From Geotalea uraniireducens Rf4 (lineage in GTDB: Bacteria; Desulfobacterota; Desulfuromonadia; Geobacterales; Geobacteraceae), in assembly GCF_000016745.1 (NCBI RefSeq), contig NC_009483.1, positions 1,950,001 to 1,982,000 of the forward strand: DNA of 32,000 nucleotides, read 5' to 3'. This document shows positions 24,820 to 32,000 of the stretch, piece after piece (the first letter of the stretch is position 1; each line of letters starts with the position of its first letter). Position numbers and translations under genes: made by a program. The notes under the pieces were generated by a model. That model made no database searches and had not been told where the DNA came from. It was given only the letters and a program-made list of their open reading frames with translations.

Positions 24820-25779
24820 TTAAATCCCCAATACCTCCGCTAGTCGCAGCATCTCGTCTTGTGGGCGCTTTTCGCCTTTGATTACGTCTTCGAGGGGGGT
24901 TGCAATGATGGCGTTGCACGAGAGGCCGACCATCAGCCCTTGCTGCCCCGATATGAGGAGCTCGACCGCTTTTTTGCCGAGGCGGCTTGCCAGGAGCCGG
25001 TCAAAGACAGTCGGTGCGCCGCCGCGCTGGTAATGGCCGAGCACCGTAACCCTCGTCTCGAAGCCGATGGCATCCTTGATGCTGTCGGCAATATGCTGGG
25101 CGTTGCCCGCCCCTTCGGCGAGGATGATTATGGCGTTGTCCCGCCCCTCTTCGTAGCGGGCTCTGAGCTGCTGGCAGATCTCGGAGAGGTCGAACTCCCG
25201 TTCCGGCACCAGGGCGAATTCGGCGCCGGTGGCGATGGCGCTGACGCTTGCCAGGTAGCCGGAGTTGCGCCCCATCACCTCGATTACGAAGGCGCGGGCA
25301 TGTGAGCTTGCGGTGTCTTTGATGCAGTCCACAGCATAGATGATGTTGTTGAGTGCAGTATCGACCCCCAGCGCCATGTCCGTGAAGGGGATGTCGTTGT
25401 CGATGCTGGCGGGAATGCCTATGACCGGGAAACCGAGGCGGTGGAGGGCGAGCGCCCCGGTCAGCGATCCGTCGCCGCCGAGGATGACGAGCCCCTCGAC
25501 ACCGAGGTTTCGCAGGTTGTCGAGGGCCTTTTGCTGTCCTTCCGGGGTGCGGAATTCCTGTGAGCGGGCCGACTGGAGGAAGGTGCCCCCCCGGTGGAGG
25601 ATGCCGGAAACCGACTTGGAGTCGAGGGTGATGCCGTCACCTTTCATGAGCCCCAGGTAGCCCTTGCGAAAACCGACCATTTCAATGTTCATCCGGAGTC
25701 CCGTGCGTACCGCGCTGCGAATGGTGGCGTTCATGCCGGAGCAGTCGCCGCCGCTGGTCAATATGCCGATCTTTTTCAT
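24820..25779 (-). CDS. pfkA: ATP-dependent 6-phosphofructokinase
   Basis: MKKIGILTSGGDCSGMNATIRS, GGDGS, IPASIDNDI, MGRNSGYLA, GHYQRGG. Canonical PfkA motifs; 319 aa. Confidence 0.95.
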   Translation of the reverse strand: MKKIGILTSGGDCSGMNATIRSAVRTGLRMNIEMVGFRKGYLGLMKGDGITLDSKSVSGILHRGGTFLQSARSQEFRTPEGQQKALDNLRNLGVEGLVILGGDGSLTGALALHRLGFPVIGIPASIDNDIPFTDMALGVDTALNNIIYAVDCIKDTASSHARAFVIEVMGRNSGYLASVSAIATGAEFALVPEREFDLSEICQQLRARYEEGRDNAIIILAEGAGNAQHIADSIKDAIGFETRVTVLGHYQRGGAPTVFDRLLASRLGKKAVELLISGQQGLMVGLSCNAIIATPLEDVIKGEKRPQDEMLRLAEVLGI

Positions 25780-25834
25780 GCTGCCTCCACTTGATTCGCT
25801 TATAAATTGTTTATCACAGCAACGGGACGCAGAC

Positions 25835-27142
25835 TTACTTTTTCCCTTTCAGCCACTCCATCCGTTCCTTTATGCTCTTTTCGTAACCATGTCCTGTCGG
25901 GTCATAGTATTTCCGCCCTTTGATCTGGTCCGGCAGGTAGTCCTGCGCCACATACCCTTCGGCGTAATCGTGGGCGTAACGGTAACCTGTGCCGTATCCA
26001 AGATCTTTCATGAGTCTGGTCGGCGCGTTACGGATGTGGAGCGGGACCGGAAGGGCGCCGCTTTTCCGCACCTCGGCGAGCGCTGCGTCGATCCCGACGT
26101 AAGAGGCGTTGGACTTGGGGGCGGTGGCCAGGTAGGTGACCGCCTGGCCGATGATAATCCGCCCCTCCGGCATCCCAACCAGCTGGAACCCCTGCAGCGC
26201 CGTCACTGCCACCTGGAGCGCCCGGGGGTCTGCGTTGCCGATATCCTCCGAGGCGAGGATCACCATGCGCCGCAGGATGAAAATCGGGTCTTCGCCCGCC
26301 TCGATCATCCGCGCCAGCCAGTAGAGCGCCCCATCCGGGTCGCTGCCGCGCATGGACTTGATGAAGGCGGAGATGACGTTATAGTGCTCCTCCCCACCCT
26401 TGTCGTAGAGAAGCGGCTTTTTCTGCACCGCCTCGCGGGCTGTATCAAGGGAGACGACGCCGTTGCTCGTCAGTCTGGACGCGGTTTCCAGGGTATTGAG
26501 GGCTACCCGCGCATCGCCTCCCGCCTGTTCGGCCATGAAGGTGAGAGCGTCGTCTTCGATGGCAAGGTCCAGGGCGCCGAGCCCCCGCTCTTTGTCGGCA
26601 AGGGCCTGGCGCAGGATCCCCGTGATTTCTTCTTCCGTCAACGGATTGAGAACGAGCACCTTGCAGCGGGAGAGAAGGGGGGCGATCACCTCGAAGGAGG
26701 GGTTTTCGGTGGTGGCGCCGATGATGGTGAAGACCCCCCTTTCCACATAGGGGAGAAAGGCATCCTGCTGGCTCTTGTTGAAGCGGTGGATCTCGTCGAC
26801 GAAGAGAATGGTTCTTTTGCCGTGGAATTTGCGGATATCATCCGCTTCCTTGACGATTTCGCGGATCTCCTTGATGCCGGAGAGGATGGCGGAGAAGAAG
26901 ATGAAGTGCGACTTGGTGGCGCCGGCGATGATGCGGGCAAGGGTCGTCTTGCCCGAACCCGGTGGGCCCCAGAAGATGAGGGAGGTGAGCTGGTCGGTCT
27001 CGATCAGTTGACGGAGAAGCTTCCCCGGGCCTAAGAGGTGCTCCTGGCCGACGTATTCGGCCAGGGTTCGGGGACGCATCCGTTCGGCGAGAGGGGCTTC
27101 CTTCAGGGTGTCGGCTGCGGCTTTACGGTCGAAGAGGTCCAT
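25835..27142 (-). CDS. rarA: Replication-associated recombination protein A (AAA+ ATPase RarA/MgsA)
   Basis: [21 protein letters not shown], Walker [33 protein letters not shown], and the MgsA C-terminal domain ([27 protein letters not shown]). Confidence 0.95.
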   Translation of the reverse strand: MDLFDRKAAADTLKEAPLAERMRPRTLAEYVGQEHLLGPGKLLRQLIETDQLTSLIFWGPPGSGKTTLARIIAGATKSHFIFFSAILSGIKEIREIVKEADDIRKFHGKRTILFVDEIHRFNKSQQDAFLPYVERGVFTIIGATTENPSFEVIAPLLSRCKVLVLNPLTEEEITGILRQALADKERGLGALDLAIEDDALTFMAEQAGGDARVALNTLETASRLTSNGVVSLDTAREAVQKKPLLYDKGGEEHYNVISAFIKSMRGSDPDGALYWLARMIEAGEDPIFILRRMVILASEDIGNADPRALQVAVTALQGFQLVGMPEGRIIIGQAVTYLATAPKSNASYVGIDAALAEVRKSGALPVPLHIRNAPTRLMKDLGYGTGYRYAHDYAEGYVAQDYLPDQIKGRKYYDPTGHGYEKSIKERMEWLKGKK

Positions 27143-27144
27143 GG

Positions 27145-29649
27145 TCAGAAGGTTTCGCCCGGTTGCCGGGACCCTGCGCCGGGAGTGATATTCATTGGAC
27201 TGATGCCCCAGATTTCCCGGGCGTATTCGGCGATGGTCCGGTCACTGGAAAATTTACCCATGCCGGCAGTGTTGAGAATGGCCCGCCGTGCCCATTCGTC
27301 CTGGTCCAGGTAGACTTTGCTCACTTCTTCCTGGCAGGCGACGTATGAGGCATAATCGGCCAGGAGCATGTAGTAGTCTCCCTGGTTGAGGAGAATGTCG
27401 ACGATCGGTCTGAAAAGGTCGGGAGCGTTGGGGGTGAAGAAGCCACCGGCGATCATGTCGAGAGTTTTTTTCAGTTCCGGCTGGCGGTTGTAGTAATCAC
27501 GGGGATTATACCCCTTCTTTCTGAGATTGTTGACCTCTGCGGCGGTCAGGCCGAAGATGAAGATATTTTCCTTGCCGACTTCTTCCATGATCTCGATATT
27601 TGCGCCGTCCAGGGTGCCGATGGTGAGCGCCCCGTTGAGGGCGAACTTCATGTTGCCTGTGCCGGAGGCCTCTGTGCCCGCGGTTGAAATCTGTTCTGAC
27701 AAATCTGATGCCGGGAAGATATCCTCTGCCAGCGAGACGCTGTAGTTGGCGAGAAAGACAACCTTCATCCGGTCTCCCACGTCGGGATCGTTGTTGACGA
27801 CGCTGCCGACGGCATTTATCAGTCTGATGATGAGTTTGGCGGTGAAATAGGCGGGAGCCGCCTTGCCGCCGAAGATAAAGGTGCGCGGCACGAACTCGCC
27901 GGCGGGATTCTCCTTGATCCGGTTGTACATGGTGATGACATGGAGCACGTTCAATAGCTGTCGTTTGTATTCGTGGATCCGTTTGACCTGGCAGTCGAAC
28001 ATGGAGTCCACGTTCACTTCGATGCAGTTGTGTTTGAGGATGTATGCGGCCAGTCTTTCCTTGTTTGCGCGTTTCACCGCCTGCCAGCGGGGAACGAATT
28101 CCGGGTCTTTGGTGGCTGCCCGCAATTTTTCCAGCTCGTACAGGTCGGTGGTCCAGCCGGTGCCGATATATTCGCTGATCAGGTCGGCAAGGGGAGGGTT
28201 GGCCATCTTCAGCCAGCGCCGCTGGGTGATGCCGTTGGTCTTGTTGTTGAAGCGTTCCGGATACATTTCGTAAAAATCGCGAAACAGCTGGTTCTTGATG
28301 ATTTCCGTATGCAGGGCGGCGACGCCGTTGACGGAATGACTGCCGACAATGGCCAGGTGCGCCATGCGGATTTTTCTTTCCCAGTGTTCCTCGACGATGG
28401 ACATCCGTGACAGCCGATCGCTGTCCCCGGGAAATCTTTCTTTTACCTCTTCCATGAAGCGGGTGTTGATGTCGAAGACGATTTGCAGATGCCGGGGCAG
28501 GATCTGCTCAAAGAACCAGACCGGCCATTGCTCCAGGGCTTCGGGGAGGATGGTGTGATTGGTGTAGGCAAAGGTTTTTTTGGTGACCTTCCAGGCGTCG
28601 TCCCATTCCATGTTCTCCAGGTCGAGCAGTACCCGCATCAGCTCGGGAATGGCGAGGGCCGGATGGGTATCGTTCAACTGGATGGCGACCTTTTCCGGCA
28701 GTAGTTTCAGATCTGTATGCTTTTTCTTGAAACGGTAGAGGACATCGTGGATGGTGGCCGAGGCGAGGAAATATTCCTGTTTGAAGCGGAGCTCCTTGCC
28801 TTCGATAACGTTGTCCGCTGGATAGAGCACCTTGGAGATGGTTTCTGTCTGCATCTTCTTTTCAACGGCGCGGATATAGTTCCCTTCGTTGAAAAACTTA
28901 AGGTCGAAATCACGGCTTGACTTGGCGCTCCAGAGGCGCATGGTGTTGACTGTGTTGTTCTGATAGCCGGGAATCGGCGTGTCATAGGCCATGGCCATGA
29001 CGTCTTCCGTATCCACCCATTCCTTGACTACGTTACCCTGTTTGTTGACGGTAGTGATCACCCTGCCGTAGAATTTTACCGGGTGGAGATGCTCCTGGCG
29101 GTCCAGTTCCCACGGGTTGCGGTAGCGCAGCCAGTTGTCCGGCAGCTCCATCTGTGCGCCGTCAACTATCTTCTGTCGGAAGATGCCGTATTCGTAGCGG
29201 ATGCCGTAACCATAGGCGGGTATGGACATGGTTGCCATGGAGTCGAGGAAGCATGCGGCCAGCCGCCCCAGTCCGCCATTGCCGAGTCCGGCGTCCTGTT
29301 CTTCTTCGAAGAGCTCTTCAAAGTCATAGCCGAGGGAGGTCATTGCTTCCCTGAAGTCGTCCAGGATGCCCAGATTGATCAGGCTGTTGCCCAGGGCGCG
29401 CCCCATGAGAAATTCCATGGAAAGGTAGTAAATCCGCTTGTTGTCGCTGTTGTAGTAGGCCTGCTGGGTGTCCAGCCAGCGCTCCACCAGCTTGTCGCGC
29501 ACTGCATAGGCCAGAGCGTTGAAAGCGTCGTATTTGGTTGCGGTGTATTTGTCCTTTCCCAGGGTATATTCCATGTGTTCCAGGAAAGACTTGATGATGA
29601 GCATCAGGTTGTCGAGTTCAGTCGCTTCGGTGGCGATGTTTTCGTTCAT
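27145..29649 (-). CDS. glgP: Glycogen/maltodextrin phosphorylase (GT35)
   Basis: 834 aa. [28 protein letters not shown] is the PLP-lysine signature. Also [16 protein letters not shown] and [14 protein letters not shown]. Confidence 0.95.
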   Translation of the reverse strand: MNENIATEATELDNLMLIIKSFLEHMEYTLGKDKYTATKYDAFNALAYAVRDKLVERWLDTQQAYYNSDNKRIYYLSMEFLMGRALGNSLINLGILDDFREAMTSLGYDFEELFEEEQDAGLGNGGLGRLAACFLDSMATMSIPAYGYGIRYEYGIFRQKIVDGAQMELPDNWLRYRNPWELDRQEHLHPVKFYGRVITTVNKQGNVVKEWVDTEDVMAMAYDTPIPGYQNNTVNTMRLWSAKSSRDFDLKFFNEGNYIRAVEKKMQTETISKVLYPADNVIEGKELRFKQEYFLASATIHDVLYRFKKKHTDLKLLPEKVAIQLNDTHPALAIPELMRVLLDLENMEWDDAWKVTKKTFAYTNHTILPEALEQWPVWFFEQILPRHLQIVFDINTRFMEEVKERFPGDSDRLSRMSIVEEHWERKIRMAHLAIVGSHSVNGVAALHTEIIKNQLFRDFYEMYPERFNNKTNGITQRRWLKMANPPLADLISEYIGTGWTTDLYELEKLRAATKDPEFVPRWQAVKRANKERLAAYILKHNCIEVNVDSMFDCQVKRIHEYKRQLLNVLHVITMYNRIKENPAGEFVPRTFIFGGKAAPAYFTAKLIIRLINAVGSVVNNDPDVGDRMKVVFLANYSVSLAEDIFPASDLSEQISTAGTEASGTGNMKFALNGALTIGTLDGANIEIMEEVGKENIFIFGLTAAEVNNLRKKGYNPRDYYNRQPELKKTLDMIAGGFFTPNAPDLFRPIVDILLNQGDYYMLLADYASYVACQEEVSKVYLDQDEWARRAILNTAGMGKFSSDRTIAEYAREIWGISPMNITPGAGSRQPGETF

Positions 29650-29789
29650 GGGGAGACCTTTGTGGTGGATTTATCTTTCACGTTGCAGATTCGTTTAAGT
29701 ATAATACAATTTTGCAGAGTTTCCATTGGACATGGATGAACAGATATGCTAGTAAAGCCTTATATATACCACATATAAAGGCCTGTACC

Positions 29790-30644
29790 ATGAAAAAAAT
29801 CGCAATCTTCGCGAAGGTTCACGACCCCCGTTGCCTGGGGGTGGCCGAAGAACTGATCGCCTGGCTCGATGCGAAAGGGTTTTGCCCACTGGTGGAGGCC
29901 CATCTTGCCAGGCATCTTAAATGCAAATATTCCGTCCGAAGCCATGACATTCCCGATCAGGCCGACCTGGTGGTGGTTCTTGGCGGAGACGGCACCCTGA
30001 TATCGGTGGCGCGTCTGGTCGGTGACCGGCAGGTGCCGATCCTTGGGGTAAATCTTGGCAGTCTCGGATTCCTGACCGAGATAACGCTTGGGGAGATGTA
30101 CCCCGCGCTGGAGTGCTGCCTGCTGGGCGATTATGAGGTTTCCGAACGAATGATGCTGCGCGCTTCGATACTCCGCGACGATAAGGAGATCGAGGTGCAC
30201 CAGGTATTGAACGACGTGGTGATAAACAAGGGGGCGATGGCGAGAATCGTCGATATGGAGACGGTGGTAGATGACCGCTATCTGACCACCTTCAAGGCCG
30301 ACGGCCTGATAATTTCAACCCCTACCGGATCGACCGGCTACTCGCTTTCCGCAAACGGCCCCATTATCCACCCGGAACTGGATTGCCTGGTAATAACCCC
30401 AATCTGTCCGCACACCCTCACCAACCGGCCGATCGTCGTTGCCAGCGATGCCCGGATCAGCATAACCATGCAGTCCCAGAACGAGGACATCTTTCTCACT
30501 CTGGACGGACAGGTCGGCGTTAAATTGAAATACGGCGATACGATCCGCATCCGGCGGGCGGAGCACCGGACAAAGCTGGTCCGTTCCCGGAGCAAGGATT
30601 ATTTCGAGGTGCTGCGGACCAAACTCAAGTGGGGAGAGCGGTAA
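29790..30644 (+). CDS. nadK: NAD(+) kinase
   Basis: VVVLGGDGTLISVAR, NDVVINKG, DGLIISTPTGSTGYSLSANGPI. The ORF track start at 29712 adds 26 unlikely residues; MKKIAIFAK at 29790 is the usual N-terminus. Confidence 0.9.
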   Translation: MKKIAIFAKVHDPRCLGVAEELIAWLDAKGFCPLVEAHLARHLKCKYSVRSHDIPDQADLVVVLGGDGTLISVARLVGDRQVPILGVNLGSLGFLTEITLGEMYPALECCLLGDYEVSERMMLRASILRDDKEIEVHQVLNDVVINKGAMARIVDMETVVDDRYLTTFKADGLIISTPTGSTGYSLSANGPIIHPELDCLVITPICPHTLTNRPIVVASDARISITMQSQNEDIFLTLDGQVGVKLKYGDTIRIRRAEHRTKLVRSRSKDYFEVLRTKLKWGER

Positions 30645-30650
30645 AACCCA

Positions 30651-30721
30651 GTTCTACGTTCTACGTTCTACGTTCTATGTTGAAACGTAGAACGTAGAAC
30701 GTAGAACGTAGAACGTAGAAC
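30651..30721. repeat. Near-perfect palindrome made of tandem heptamers: (GTTCTAC)3-GTTCTAT-gttgaaac-(GTAGAAC)5
   Basis: Read directly from the sequence: 30651-30678 left arm, 30687-30721 right arm. It sits 6 nt after the nadK stop and 9 nt before the recN ATG. Confidence 0.95.
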
Positions 30722-30730
30722 GGATTTCAA

Positions 30731-32000
30731 ATGCTGACCGACCTTTCCATAAAAAATATCGCCATCATCGATACCCTTCATGTCTCCTTCCAGCCGGGGC
30801 TCAACATCCTCACCGGCGAAACGGGGGCGGGAAAATCGATTATTATCGACGCGGTCAACCTGATTCTCGGCGGGCGGGCTTCCGCTGACCTGATCCGCAC
30901 CGGCGCCGACGAAGGGGTGGTGGAGGCGATCTTCGATCTTTCCGCCCAGCCCGCGATCCTGACCGTGCTTGACGAGATGGGTGTCGAATGCGACGGCGAG
31001 CTCCTGGTAAAGCGGGTTGTCTCCCGCTCCGGCAAAAACCGCGTCTTCATCGGCGGAGGAATCTCCACCATCGCCATCCTGGCTGATCTCTCCCGGCGAT
31101 TGATCAATATCTACGGTCAGCATGAGGCCCAGACCCTGCTTCGAACCGAAAACCACCTGTTGCTTCTCGATGGCTACGGCGGCCTGTTGCAACTGCGCGA
31201 CGAGTATTCGGCCATCTTTGACGAATACCGGCGGGTCGCCGCTGAAATCAGGGGGCTGGAGGAAGGTGAGCGCGAAGCGGACCGCCGCCTGGATCTCCTC
31301 TCGTTTCAGTCCCATGAGATCGGCGCTGCGGCATTGGCAGCCGGCGAAGAGGAGGCGCTTCTGCAGGAGCGGCAACTTCTGAGCCATGCGGAAAAGCTCC
31401 TGCAGCACAGTCAGGAGGCTTTCACCGAACTTTACGGCGCGGACCATGCCGTCCTCGACCGGCTGGCCGAGGTGAAAAGACGGGTTGCTGAAGTGACCGC
31501 CGTTGACCCGTCAACAGGGAACCTTCTTGCTTCCATCGAAGCCGCCTCCATCCAACTGGAGGATGCAGCCCTTTCGCTCAGGGATTATGCGGCCAGGATA
31601 GAGGCCGATCCCCGACGCCTGCAGGTGGTGGAGGATCGACTGGAAATCATTCAGCGGCTGAAGAAAAAATATGCGCCGGCCGTTGAGGAGATCATCGCCT
31701 ACAAGGATGAGATCGACCGGGAAATAGAAGCGTTTCGCCGCCGAGAGGAGAGCCGGGACGGACTGGAAAAGCGACTCGCGGAACTGGAAGAGGCGCTGCG
31801 GGCCAAAGGGGAAGAGCTTTCCGGCAAAAGAAGCGAAGCGGCGCAGTTGCTCAAGGCGGCCATGGAGAAGGAGCTGTCCGAGCTGGCCATGAGGCATGCC
31901 TTGTTCGAGGTGACCTTTGAACGGCTTGTTGAGCCGAAAGCCTCCGGCCTGGAGCGCGTCGAGTTCCTCTTTTCTCCCAATCCGGGGGAGACGCCCAAGT
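30731..32000 (+). CDS. recN: DNA repair protein RecN (5' part; continues past the window edge)
   Basis: MLTDLSIKNIAIIDTLHVSFQPGLNILTGETGAGKSIIIDAVNLILGGRAS (Walker A), followed by a long coiled-coil region. The frame stays open to base 32000. Absent from the ORF track only because it has no stop in the window. Confidence 0.9.
   Translation, partial: MLTDLSIKNIAIIDTLHVSFQPGLNILTGETGAGKSIIIDAVNLILGGRASADLIRTGADEGVVEAIFDLSAQPAILTVLDEMGVECDGELLVKRVVSRSGKNRVFIGGGISTIAILADLSRRLINIYGQHEAQTLLRTENHLLLLDGYGGLLQLRDEYSAIFDEYRRVAAEIRGLEEGEREADRRLDLLSFQSHEIGAAALAAGEEEALLQERQLLSHAEKLLQHSQEAFTELYGADHAVLDRLAEVKRRVAEVTAVDPSTGNLLASIEAASIQLEDAALSLRDYAARIEADPRRLQVVEDRLEIIQRLKKKYAPAVEEIIAYKDEIDREIEAFRRREESRDGLEKRLAELEEALRAKGEELSGKRSEAAQLLKAAMEKELSELAMRHALFEVTFERLVEPKASGLERVEFLFSPNPGETPK

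Noticed and set aside
25586-25592. C7/G7 homopolymer inside pfkA as a phase-variation tract
   Set aside because: It is a housekeeping gene, the tract is shorter than typical contingency tracts, and it encodes the conserved GG of HRGGTF. Most likely it is incidental.
25664-27034. 456-aa + strand ORF, plus other long ORFs antisense to recognised genes (22404-23321, 16648-17220, 18854-19375, 19784-20248, 29083-29739, 30668-31447, 9683-10216)
   Set aside because: All lie opposite CDSs with unmistakable family motifs (rarA, pglF-like, fnlC, pglC, pglD, glgP, recN, GT4). Their translations are low-complexity, R/G/A/P-rich and motif-free. These are typical shadow ORFs of GC-rich coding DNA.
29700-29785. 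TATAAT at 29700-29705 and an AT-rich imperfect hairpin (29757-29783) as nadK promoter/regulatory structure
   Set aside because: The -35 region is poor (TTTCAC with an 18-nt spacer). The hairpin needs a bulge and has only ~5+5 paired bases. That is not enough support to annotate.
30651-30721. LexA/SOS operator upstream of recN, suggested by the repeated GTTC/GAAC half-sites
   Set aside because: The 7-nt period gives GTTC-N3-GTTC and N10 spacings. It does not give the GAAC-N4-GTTC (Gram-positive type) or GTTC-N7-GTTC (alphaproteobacterial type) arrangements. The Geobacter-type box as I recall it (GGTT-N2-C-N4-G-N3-ACC) is absent. It remains listed as a structural palindrome only.

Overview
Most of this window (365-24317, all + strand) is one surface-polysaccharide locus of the Wzy-dependent O-antigen/EPS type. 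The last ~7.5 kb is core housekeeping DNA: pfkA-rarA-glgP on the - strand and nadK-recN on the + strand. Gene content and the GC-rich core suggest a Geobacter/Desulfuromonadales-like organism, but I cannot verify that.

The glycan locus is compositionally mosaic by eye. Blocks 365-4056 and 6668-7717 are strongly AT-rich, 4128-6503 and 7847-14151 are intermediate, and 14174-24317 is GC-rich like the core genes. It encodes:
- a Wzy/O-antigen-ligase-like membrane protein, one GT2 and six GT4 glycosyltransferases;
- an SDR epimerase and an FkbM methyltransferase;
- the WbuX/WbuY/WbuZ-type acetamidino-forming trio;
- FnlB- and FnlC-like L-FucNAc enzymes plus a WbuB-like transferase, with no FnlA visible;
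- a PglC/PglD/PglE/PglF-like module for a 2,4-diacetamido-trideoxyhexose, including its initiating phosphotransferase.

The most unusual content lies between and inside these enzyme genes:
- a GxxExxY (PD-(D/E)XK-fold) gene bracketed by MITE-like hairpin elements between fnlB and fnlC;
- an associated diverged tandem duplication that left a truncated fnlC 5' fragment;
- a four-helix-bundle (23S rRNA IVS protein / Avd-like) gene enclosed by inverted AT-rich repeat arms between pglC and pglD;
- an in-frame heptamer-repeat insertion inside the aminotransferase gene;
- a near-perfect (GTTCTAC)n/(GTAGAAC)n palindrome ending 9 nt upstream of recN;
- a G9 tract inside the WbuB-like transferase gene;
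- a degraded glycosyltransferase 3' remnant marking a recombination junction.

No tRNA, rRNA or CRISPR array was recognised. All similarity statements come from reading the sequence and ORF translations by eye. No searches or alignments were run.
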